Assembly (NCBI GenBank): GCA_964645585.1
Contig: CAZYAN010000003.1
Coordinates: forward strand, 10,673-74,672
Length of the DNA stretch: 64,000 nt
Direction: 5' to 3'
DNA from: an uncultured Opitutales bacterium
GTDB lineage: Bacteria; Verrucomicrobiota; Verrucomicrobiia; Opitutales; T3Sed10-336
The notes below the pieces were generated by a model. That model searched no databases. It saw only the letters and a program-made list of their open reading frames with translations, and was not told the DNA's origin. Of the stretch, positions 17,201-25,701 are shown in pieces. Every line of letters begins with the position of its first letter. Within the stretch, counting starts at the first letter, position 1. Position numbers and translations under genes: made by a program.

Positions 17201-19047
17201 TGCACGGATGAGTCCTCAATGACCAATCGGTAAAACGCGGGCTCGCTCCATGGCTGGGGGAGCTCCTCCACTTGGATCGTTTCGCCCGTACCGTCTATTG
17301 TCTCTCCGAAATCGAACCAATCTTCCAAGTCGGTCGAATATTGTGCACGGTATGATTGGTTTGGAACGCTCGTCCAAATCAGCGCCACATCAGAATCCTT
17401 CTGAATAAGCCGCAAATCCTTCGGCATGATCGGTCGCTCAACCGGATACTGATTAAATACAACAACATTATTTAGTACAAGCTCATCGGCTGAGGAAATC
17501 CGAAAGACCTGCGTCTCGCTTCCATTCTGCACAACGTAATTCTCAACGATAGCTACCTGCTGAAGAGTTCCGTTGCCGACAAGATCGATGATCACACGGT
17601 CGACCGGCTCGTAGCTGGCATTCTCAAATCGATTCCCGCGAATCGATACGAAGCGTTCCTGAACATTGTTTGCCAGTCTGATCATTGGAACCGCCCGGCT
17701 CCGGGCGCTGGCGGTAAAGCTGTTTTCATGAATGTACGTGGCGAGACGAGCCGACGGAGATGTGGTTCGCTGACTGAGCCACAGGCGAGAATTGATCAGC
17801 TCATTATCCAAAATATAGGCAACGCCTTGCTCGGTGCGCAGATCGACATCGGCACTCCAGAATGTGTTGTTTGCCACGAGCACCCCCTCCCCCGTTCGCT
17901 GCATAAACCCGCGCGCCGGAGCGTTGAGAATAAAGTTGCCGTAAAATTGCAAAGCGGATGAGGAAACCTCGACCGCCGACATCCCGTAAATATTTTCGAT
18001 AACATTATAGGCAATCGTGTTTCCGTAGTTGATCTCGGAAGCTCCTTTAAAACTGATTGCCCCATCATCATCCGAACCTCTTACTTCACGAATCTGGTTG
18101 AACACGATTTGATTGTAGCCGCCGCGAATATAGATCGCGATCGTGTCATCCCCAAACGACTTCCCATCAAGATTCTCAATCGTGTTGTTCCTGATCACGG
18201 TTGAGTTCCCGTAAACCAGAATGCCCATCAAATTGCCCGCCGTCGTTTTCTTCTTCAGGTTGCGGATCGTATTTTGCTCAATGCGATGCTTCCCCTGGCC
18301 CGACAGCTCGTCAGACTCCCCCGTTTCATCCGTCCCGAGCCGAATCGCATAGCCGCCAAGTTCGCTGGGAGGCGCCTTCTCATTCCGACTGTTTACAAGG
18401 CCGATAAACTCGTTGCCGATGATCCGTGCCTCTTCGATCTTCCCGCGAATGTTGATGGCATGAGCGTCAATATCAAGAAACGAACAGTCGGTAACCACGA
18501 GACTTCGCAACGGATAAAGCTGCTGCGAAGCGTTCCCTGAACTCAAGCCGATTACACCTCGATTCCGATCGCGAATGTGGACTCGCTGGAACCGGCAGCG
18601 CTCGATCGTGATATTCTGGAGAAGGTAGCCTTGACGGCTGACGAGCGCGATGGGTTCGATCATTTCTTCGAACCCAAGGTCCCGAAACGTCGTTCCGCTT
18701 TCGTGAATATAAAAACGGGTCGGGCCGTAACCAGAGGTAATGACCGACGCCTCGCTCCCGCTTCCGGAAATCGTCACCGCAGCCGAAATGTCGATCTCTT
18801 GAAGCACCAGGTACCGTCCCGGCGGCACCGCCACTTCCTCGCCCGTGATGGCCGCCTCGGCCAGCGCCGCGAAAAATGCTGGAGTGTCGTCCGTGACTCC
18901 ATCGCCAGCCGCGCCGAAATGCTTCACGTCCAACGCTTCGATCCGGGAAGCGAAGAGAAAGACCAGGGCGACAGAGAGCAGTGTTTCGTAACGGGAGGGT
19001 TTACTTGGCACGCTTCGCGTAATACTTGGCGTATTTATAATTTCCAT
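17197..19047 (-). CDS. Beta-helix protein D with C-terminal module
   Basis: Signal peptide (IEA|LDV); DVKHFGAAGDGVTDDT; GSDDDGAISFKG; C-terminal WTSVPNQSYRAQYSTDLEDW...FYRL. Start uncertain (overlaps the wzc 3' end). Confidence 0.85.
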   Translation of the reverse strand: MEIINTPSITRSVPSKPSRYETLLSVALVFLFASRIEALDVKHFGAAGDGVTDDTPAFFAALAEAAITGEEVAVPPGRYLVLQEIDISAAVTISGSGSEASVITSGYGPTRFYIHESGTTFRDLGFEEMIEPIALVSRQGYLLQNITIERCRFQRVHIRDRNRGVIGLSSGNASQQLYPLRSLVVTDCSFLDIDAHAINIRGKIEEARIIGNEFIGLVNSRNEKAPPSELGGYAIRLGTDETGESDELSGQGKHRIEQNTIRNLKKKTTAGNLMGILVYGNSTVIRNNTIENLDGKSFGDDTIAIYIRGGYNQIVFNQIREVRGSDDDGAISFKGASEINYGNTIAYNVIENIYGMSAVEVSSSALQFYGNFILNAPARGFMQRTGEGVLVANNTFWSADVDLRTEQGVAYILDNELINSRLWLSQRTTSPSARLATYIHENSFTASARSRAVPMIRLANNVQERFVSIRGNRFENASYEPVDRVIIDLVGNGTLQQVAIVENYVVQNGSETQVFRISSADELVLNNVVVFNQYPVERPIMPKDLRLIQKDSDVALIWTSVPNQSYRAQYSTDLEDWFDFGETIDGTGETIQVEELPQPWSEPAFYRLVIEDSSVQ

Positions 19048-21181
19048 ACCCGTAGCCCGACCGGTAATAGGCCGCGACTCCGCCTTTGGGCATCCCGTTC
19101 ATCACGACACCGAGCAGGTTGGCACTCGCTTCGTCGAGACGGCGAATACAGTTCTTCACCTGCTGCCGCTCCACTTTTCCAAAGTGAACAACATAGAGCG
19201 CCTCATCGATCAGCGGGGCCAGCGCAAGCGCGTCAGGAAAGATACCGAGCGGCGGCGTGTCCACCAGCATCACATCGAATTCCGACTTGAGAGCCGCGAT
19301 CAGATGCCCAATGGATGGATCCGCGATCGCCTCGGTGGCCCGCTTCGTTTGTCCGCCGGCCGCCAGCAGGTAGAGATTCGGCAGGATTTCGACGATGCCC
19401 AGTGCATCCTCGTTCCTGGGTGTCGCATCCGTATGCCGGTTTTCGAGCCAGCGCAAAATGCCAAAAGCATTCGTCCGGCCGTAAAACCCGTGCAATGCCG
19501 GACGCCTCAAGTCGAAGTCGACCATCACAGTGCGTTTGCCATGCGCCGCGAAGCAAGCACCAAGGTTGCTCACAACAAACGACTTTCCTTCGTCCGGCAT
19601 GGTGCTCGTGACCAGAATGGCCCGTGAGGTGACGGATCCGTTTCGCAGGTGCAGCTGTCCAATCAATCCCCGGAATGATTCGCTCGTGGCATCATCGAGA
19701 TCCATCGAAACAATGTGCGGCCGCTCGAGCCGTTTGACCCGGCGAATCACCGACACTTCGCCCACCAGGGTTTGTTCGAGAAAGCTCTCCACGTCCTGGG
19801 CTGACTTCAGTTTCTTGTCGAACGCGGCAAGGCCGATCGGCGCGCCGATAAAGCAGAAGCCGCCCAGCACGGCCATTAATAACGCCACCTTCACCAAGCT
19901 GGGCTCCGCTGGGCTTCCGGGGACATCCGCCCGTTCGACGATCCGAATATTTCCGCCTTCGAGCTGGCTGGTCACGATGGTTTCATTTAACCGGTCGAGA
20001 ATCTGGGAGTGCGTCTGCCGCGCGACCTCCACCGCCCGATTCAATGCCGAGTACTGGATTGTCAGCTTGTCGATCCGGAGGCTTTCTTCTTCTGCCTGCC
20101 GCAACTCCTGGAGAAACCTTTCTTCGCGGTCTCGCGCGTGAACGAGCCGGCCCTGCAGCTCCGCGACCGCGAGGGCGATATTTTCCTGGATCAGGTTCTG
20201 CGCCGCCTCGATCGCTTGCTGATTGGCAATCATTGCCGGGTGGCGTTCGAGGTATTTCTTGCTCATCACCTCGCGCTCCTGACGCAGCGCGTTCAATTGC
20301 GTCATGACCTCCGGCGTGGAGCGCAACGAGGCAACCTCGAGCTCCAGCAGGTTGCCATCGTTGTCCTTGAGATCCCGCACCTGGCGGATCCGCTCCTCAA
20401 GATCGATTCGCTCCATCCGGGCCGCCGTCAGCCGGGAATTGATTTCGTTCAGCCGCTGGGCAATGAGATCCTTGTTATCTTGAACCGAGATTAAGTTGTG
20501 CTTTTGCCGGTACTCCTGCAGTTCCCTCTCCGCATCCGACACACGCTGCTCCAAGTCCCTTGCCTGCTTGCTCAAGAATGCGATCGCCGCCTCGTTGCCT
20601 GTCGCGCCGCGCCGCTGGACAAAATGAATATAGCAATCGACATACCGGTCAGCAATCAGCGCCGCGACTTCCGGATCCCGGTGAGTTGTCCGAACCTCGA
20701 GAATGAACGTATTCGGGAGATTTTCTACCTCCGTCTGCGCAAGAATGCTTTCCAGAGAAGGAACCGGCTCCTCTTCGGTTTCGGGCAAGTACGGTTCGAT
20801 CGCCTTCTGCCGTTCTTCCTCCGTGAATGAAGACGCGACGTACTGGATAAAATCCCGGCTGATAAGCTGATTGACATGATTCTCCAAGAGCACCCGCCAA
20901 ATGCCTCCACTGCTCTCCAGCCTCGTGTCGACCACCTGTTGCATATCCACGACACGCTGGCCTTCGTGTTCGACGAGGAGCGAAGCACTCGCTTGATACA
21001 GAGGTGGACGGCTGAGAAGCATGTATCCAGCGATGCAGGACACAACAAGCGCACATAGTAAACCAATGATCCATCGCTTGCGCACCATGACGTAGTAGTC
21101 GCTGAGCTTGAGCAACTCGAAGTCATGCAGGCCTGCGCCCCCTGAGGGGCTTTTTGAATGCTTATTATTGTTGGAGCTCAT
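19001..21181 (-). CDS. wzc: Polysaccharide co-polymerase / tyrosine autokinase (Wzc/GumC)
   Basis: Two TM segments around a coiled coil; Walker A TSTMPDEGKS, DFDLRRP, Walker B LVDTPP; C-terminal Tyr cluster YYRSGYGYGNYKYAKYY. Confidence 0.93.
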   Translation of the reverse strand: MSSNNNKHSKSPSGGAGLHDFELLKLSDYYVMVRKRWIIGLLCALVVSCIAGYMLLSRPPLYQASASLLVEHEGQRVVDMQQVVDTRLESSGGIWRVLLENHVNQLISRDFIQYVASSFTEEERQKAIEPYLPETEEEPVPSLESILAQTEVENLPNTFILEVRTTHRDPEVAALIADRYVDCYIHFVQRRGATGNEAAIAFLSKQARDLEQRVSDAERELQEYRQKHNLISVQDNKDLIAQRLNEINSRLTAARMERIDLEERIRQVRDLKDNDGNLLELEVASLRSTPEVMTQLNALRQEREVMSKKYLERHPAMIANQQAIEAAQNLIQENIALAVAELQGRLVHARDREERFLQELRQAEEESLRIDKLTIQYSALNRAVEVARQTHSQILDRLNETIVTSQLEGGNIRIVERADVPGSPAEPSLVKVALLMAVLGGFCFIGAPIGLAAFDKKLKSAQDVESFLEQTLVGEVSVIRRVKRLERPHIVSMDLDDATSESFRGLIGQLHLRNGSVTSRAILVTSTMPDEGKSFVVSNLGACFAAHGKRTVMVDFDLRRPALHGFYGRTNAFGILRWLENRHTDATPRNEDALGIVEILPNLYLLAAGGQTKRATEAIADPSIGHLIAALKSEFDVMLVDTPPLGIFPDALALAPLIDEALYVVHFGKVERQQVKNCIRRLDEASANLLGVVMNGMPKGGVAAYYRSGYGYGNYKYAKYYAKRAK

Positions 21182-21211
21182 GATGAATTTCGCATTAAAT
21201 CGGTGACGGTC

Positions 21212-22357
21212 CTACACGCGAAGCGGCCGCGATTCGGCTCCGGTTTCCAGCGAAGAGAGCATCGCCGACACCACCGCTTCGCGTCCGGCTGCTCCGAGTT
21301 CAGGATAGATAGGAATACTCAGCACTTCATTCGCCAGCCTGGCCGCCACGGGACAGTTCCCGCTTTGCCCGAGGTTTCGGAAGCAATCCTGAGAATCCAT
21401 CGGTTGAGGGTAATAGATCTCCGAGGCCACGCCCTGGTCCGCCATGTTCTGTCGGATCGCATCCCGACGGCCGTCCGCGATACGCACGGTATATTGATTC
21501 CACGTGTGTTCAAAACCCGCCTCCTCCGCAGGCAAGTGAACGAGTCCGTTCGCGGCAAACGGCTTTAGGATCTCATTGTAGGAGGCAGCGTTCTCCCGGC
21601 GGGCGGCAATCCATCTTCTCCAGTGAGGCAGTTTCACGAGCAGCAAGGCCGCTTGCAATGTATCCAATCGAAAATTACCGCCCACATAACGATGGTAGTA
21701 TTTCGGCCGGGAACCGTGTCCTCGCAAACACCGAGCGCGCTCCGCGAGTTGATCGTCGTCGCAAACGAGCATTCCGCCGTCGCCAAAGCCGCCGAGGTTT
21801 TTTGAGGGAAAGAAACTGAACGCTCCAAAGGTGCCTATTCCGCCCGCCGCGCGACCGCGACAGGTCGCGCCCATGGACTGCGCGCAATCCTCGATCACGG
21901 CCAAATCATGATCGGAGGCAAGTTTCATGACCGCGTCCATATCGGCCATTTGTCCAAACAGATGAACCGGAATGATCGCTTTCGTGCGCGAGGTTACTTT
22001 TCGGGCGGCGTCTTCCACATCGATGTTGAAGCTGCTTTCGAGCGAGTCGACAAATACCGGAGTGGCGCCTGTTCGAGCGATACATCCAGCTGTGGCAAAG
22101 AAGGTGAAACTCGGACAGAGCACCTCGTCTCCGGGGCCGATCTCCAGCGTCATCAGGGCGAGGAGAAGCGCATCGGTCCCGGAGCTCACACCAATCGCAT
22201 GCCGGACGCCCGTCAGTTCCGCGATTTTCTCTTCAAGTTCACCAACTTCCGGACCGAGGATGAACCGGCCCGAGCGAATCACCCGTTGAAATGCTTCCTG
22301 AAAAGCACTCTCCAGCGGCAGATTCTGCGCATTAACGTCAAGTAATGGAATTCTCAT
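21212..22357 (-). CDS. wbpE: DegT/DnrJ/EryC1 PLP aminotransferase (WbpE-like)
   Basis: SSGTDAL, IIPVHLFGQ, IEDCAQS, FSFFPSKNLGGFGDGG, NFRLDTLQAA; adjacent to wbpD/B/A. Confidence 0.85.
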   Translation of the reverse strand: MRIPLLDVNAQNLPLESAFQEAFQRVIRSGRFILGPEVGELEEKIAELTGVRHAIGVSSGTDALLLALMTLEIGPGDEVLCPSFTFFATAGCIARTGATPVFVDSLESSFNIDVEDAARKVTSRTKAIIPVHLFGQMADMDAVMKLASDHDLAVIEDCAQSMGATCRGRAAGGIGTFGAFSFFPSKNLGGFGDGGMLVCDDDQLAERARCLRGHGSRPKYYHRYVGGNFRLDTLQAALLLVKLPHWRRWIAARRENAASYNEILKPFAANGLVHLPAEEAGFEHTWNQYTVRIADGRRDAIRQNMADQGVASEIYYPQPMDSQDCFRNLGQSGNCPVAARLANEVLSIPIYPELGAAGREAVVSAMLSSLETGAESRPLRV

Positions 22358-22361
22358 AGGT

Positions 22362-23069
22362 TCAAAGTAACTCGCTGGTCAGGGCGGCACTCCGTGCTTC
22401 CGCGCGCCGGGCTTTGCATTCGTCGTAGGAAAGCCTCCCCACACTGAGGGACTCCGGCAGCGGCGCCTCCTCGTCGAGATCGAGACAGCGCATCTGTTCC
22501 GTTCCCCCTTCCTTGCGCTCAAGCAGGTAGCGAAATCCGGATTCGGGGCAGCGGCATCGCCCATCCGGTCCAAGCTGCAAAATATGTCCGTGTCGGCTCA
22601 TCCACCCGCGCTGGCGGCCGGGCACACCCACGATCCACGCGTAGTCCGGCACGTCGCGCGTCACCACCGCTCCGGCCGAAATAAAACAATACCGGCCCAG
22701 TGTGATTCCGCAGACAATGGTGGCATTCGCTCCAATCGTCGCGCCGCGACGGATTCGCGTTTCCTCGTAGAGCGTGTGGCGCCGGACTTGGGACCGCGGA
22801 TTGGTAACGTTTGTCAGTACGCACGAGGGCCCGAGAAAGACATCGTCCTCAACGATCGTGCCCGTGTAGATCGCGACGTTGTTCTGAACCTTTACATTGG
22901 TGCCGATCACGACGCCAGACGCGACCATGGTGTTCTGTCCGAAAATGCAATTCGCACCGATCCGGGCTCCTTGGCAGATGTGAGAAAAGTGCCAGATCCT
23001 GGTGCCATCGCCGATCTCGCACGGGTAATCGACGACCGCTTGAGGATGCACGTAATAATTCGCGTTCAT
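22362..23069 (-). CDS. wbpD: UDP-sugar 3-N-acetyltransferase (WbpD-like)
   Basis: IGDGTRIWHFSHI, KVQNNV, VFLGPSCVLTNVTNPRS, GVPGRQRGWMSRHG and a C-terminal CPESG Zn-ribbon. ATG 23069 preferred. Confidence 0.88.
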   Translation of the reverse strand: MNANYYVHPQAVVDYPCEIGDGTRIWHFSHICQGARIGANCIFGQNTMVASGVVIGTNVKVQNNVAIYTGTIVEDDVFLGPSCVLTNVTNPRSQVRRHTLYEETRIRRGATIGANATIVCGITLGRYCFISAGAVVTRDVPDYAWIVGVPGRQRGWMSRHGHILQLGPDGRCRCPESGFRYLLERKEGGTEQMRCLDLDEEAPLPESLSVGRLSYDECKARRAEARSAALTSELL

Positions 23070-23126
23070 GATCTGTAAAAGGGATCCAAGAGCGGCTCCG
23101 AGCCCCAGAAATATCCGCAAACGTTT

Positions 23127-24191
23127 CTAACCTGCCGCTACGCTTTCGGGCTCGACTTCGGGCGCTTCCGGAAGGCGCACCGGCCGGCCGTGCGATTCCA
23201 TTGATTCCTGACAGGCTTGCAGCACACGCAGAACATCCACACCGTTCCCGGCATCGGTCAGCGGCTGCTGACGTGATCGCACACAATCCAGAAAATGGCT
23301 GCACTCGTTCCGGAGCGGCTCCGAGGGTTCATATTCGACCGCGCTCGCCGCCCCGCTGTGGAGATGCGGAATGTGATTTCGCAATTCGACACGCTGGTCG
23401 TAAAGGAGGAGTTTGCGTTCGACCTCGACGTCATTGAACACCGCCATCCGGCGATCCCCCACCACCACAAGTTTCTGCTCTTTGAAGGGATTCAGCCAGC
23501 TAACAAAGATGTGCGAGCGTATTCCCCCGCCGAAACGGAGACACGAGAGCGTCACATCCGGCAAGTCCGGCGTCACAAAGCTTCCGCCCGAACAGGTAAC
23601 TTCCTCAGGCAGGTCGCCCGCGAGGCGAAGAATGACGGCAATGTCATGCGGCGCGAAGCTCCAAAGCGCGTTCTCTTCTGTGCGAATTTTTCCGAAATTC
23701 AGACGATTGGAGTAAATGTAATTGACGGTTCCCAGCTCTCCGGCGGCGATCAGCTCTCGCAGTTTCAAAACCGCCGGATGGTACTCCAGCAGATGCCCCA
23801 CCATCAGGATCCGTCCGGCCGCGGCCGCCAGCGACTCCATCTCCAGGCCTTGCCGAAAATCAAGGGCCAACGGTTTCTCAACAAACACATCCTTCCCTGC
23901 CCGAAGCGCCTCGACCGCCAGCGCGCAATGACTTTCCGCGGGTGTCGCAATCACGACCGCGTCGATGTCCGGCCGCCCAAATGCATCAGAGAATTCCGCC
24001 GAAATCTCCACCTTCGGAGCAAGTTTACGCGCGGTTTTTCGCCCGGGCTCCCCCGGATCACATACGAGCGCGAGCGCTCCAAGGCTGTCGAGGTTGCGAA
24101 CAAGGTTTTTCCCCCAATAGCCGCACCCGAGGACCGCCACAGTCGGAGTCGGCCCCGTTGCCCAGCCGGTTGCTGAAGGAGCCTCGATCAT
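23127..24191 (-). CDS. wbpB: Gfo/Idh/MocA oxidoreductase (WbpB-like 3-dehydrogenase)
   Basis: GCGYWGKNLVRN, VFVEKPLA, LMVGH, ENALWSFAPHD; ATGA overlap with the wbpA stop. Confidence 0.8.
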   Translation of the reverse strand: MIEAPSATGWATGPTPTVAVLGCGYWGKNLVRNLDSLGALALVCDPGEPGRKTARKLAPKVEISAEFSDAFGRPDIDAVVIATPAESHCALAVEALRAGKDVFVEKPLALDFRQGLEMESLAAAAGRILMVGHLLEYHPAVLKLRELIAAGELGTVNYIYSNRLNFGKIRTEENALWSFAPHDIAVILRLAGDLPEEVTCSGGSFVTPDLPDVTLSCLRFGGGIRSHIFVSWLNPFKEQKLVVVGDRRMAVFNDVEVERKLLLYDQRVELRNHIPHLHSGAASAVEYEPSEPLRNECSHFLDCVRSRQQPLTDAGNGVDVLRVLQACQESMESHGRPVRLPEAPEVEPESVAAG

Positions 24192-25597
24192 GCTTTGACC
24201 ACCTTTCCGCCATTGACGCCGACTTTGCTCATCGCATTCCGGGTATCGACGATACAGTCGCTCCACTCAGCCAGTTCACGGTAATCGACAGCGCTATGGG
24301 CCGTGCTGATGACGACACAATCAAACGGTGCGATTGCCGTCTGGCTCCACGCAACCGACTTCGCTCCGGCCCAATGCTCGTGCTCCCGCGTCGGCGGCAC
24401 TTCCGGAATCCACGGATCGTAATATGCGACTTCCGCGCCGCGTGCTTGTAATTGATCCATTAATACAAGCGTCGGCGACTCACGCATATCGTCGACGTCA
24501 GCCTTGTAGGCGAGACCAATCAGCAGGATCCGGCTTCCGCGAACCGGACGCGCTTTCTGATTTAAAGCTTCCGTTACCTTCCGGACAACGTAGGCGGTCA
24601 TCCCGGCGTTCACCTCGCCAGCGAGCTCAATAAACCGCGTGTGCTGCCCGTATTCGCGAGCCTTCCACGTCAGATAAAACGGATCGATCGGAATGCAATG
24701 TCCGCCGAGCCCGGGCCCTGGATAGAACGGCATGAATCCGAACGGCTTCGTCTTTGCCGCTTCAATCACCTCCCAGATGTCGATTGCCATCGCCTCGTAG
24801 ACGACCTTGAGCTCGTTGACCAGCGCGATATTCACACTGCGAAAGATATTTTCCAACAGTTTGGCGGCTTCCGCTGCCCGGCACGAGGAAACCGGCACAA
24901 GGTTCTGAATCGCCCGGCCGTAGACCGCCATCGCACGGCGTCCGCACTCAGGAGTGTAGCCGCCGACAATCTTTGGAATCGACCCGACCTTGCTGCCCGG
25001 ATTCCCGGGGTCTTCCCTCTCCGGCGAAAAAGCCAGATGAAAATCGACGCCCGCGATCAGTCCCGATCCTTCCTCCAGCACCTTCCGCAAATCCTCTTCC
25101 GTGGTGCCAGGGTAAGAGGTCGACTCCAGCACGACCAATTTCGGCTCCGGCACGTCTGACGGCTCACCATCTCCAATAGATGAAAGCCGCCCGTCCAGGT
25201 GAAGCCCGCCATCGCCATCAAGCACGCCGCCAGCGCAGGCAAGATCGCCGATCTTGCGTCTCACCCGCGCTCCAAGATAGGGTGCAATCGTTCGACCGGT
25301 GCTGAGGACGTAAGATACGTCCGGTTCCCGGTATTTATTCAAGGGTGTTGGAACGCAGATGATCACCGCCGAAACATCCGCAACCCGGGAAAAATCAGTC
25401 GAGGGGTCGAACATACCGCCCGCGACGGCTGATGCGATCGATTCGTTCGAAATATGCTTGATATAACTCCGCCCGGAGCGGAGCGCTTCCACCTTGGCCG
25501 CGTCAACATCCAGACCGACCACCTTCACGCCAGAGGCAATGAATTGAAGCGATAGAGGTAACCCGACGTATCCAAGTCCTACGATGCCAATTTTCAT
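24188..25597 (-). CDS. wbpA: UDP-N-acetylglucosamine 6-dehydrogenase (WbpA/WecC family) with ~40-aa insertion
   Basis: GLGYVGLPL, ICVPTPL, ESTSYPGTT, FSPEREDPGN, KLLENIFRSVNIALVNE, GPGLGGHCIPIDPFYL, AYKADVDDMRESP. Confidence 0.9.
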   Translation of the reverse strand: MKIGIVGLGYVGLPLSLQFIASGVKVVGLDVDAAKVEALRSGRSYIKHISNESIASAVAGGMFDPSTDFSRVADVSAVIICVPTPLNKYREPDVSYVLSTGRTIAPYLGARVRRKIGDLACAGGVLDGDGGLHLDGRLSSIGDGEPSDVPEPKLVVLESTSYPGTTEEDLRKVLEEGSGLIAGVDFHLAFSPEREDPGNPGSKVGSIPKIVGGYTPECGRRAMAVYGRAIQNLVPVSSCRAAEAAKLLENIFRSVNIALVNELKVVYEAMAIDIWEVIEAAKTKPFGFMPFYPGPGLGGHCIPIDPFYLTWKAREYGQHTRFIELAGEVNAGMTAYVVRKVTEALNQKARPVRGSRILLIGLAYKADVDDMRESPTLVLMDQLQARGAEVAYYDPWIPEVPPTREHEHWAGAKSVAWSQTAIAPFDCVVISTAHSAVDYRELAEWSDCIVDTRNAMSKVGVNGGKVVKA

Positions 25598-25701
25598 TGA
25601 TTGTTCAGGGAATTGATATTGTTGTTTCGCTTCTCTCAGAGAGCTCGTGGCGCGGTAACAACGCCCGCTTCTTCGAAAAAATTTTTGGGTTCCGCCCCCA
25701 A

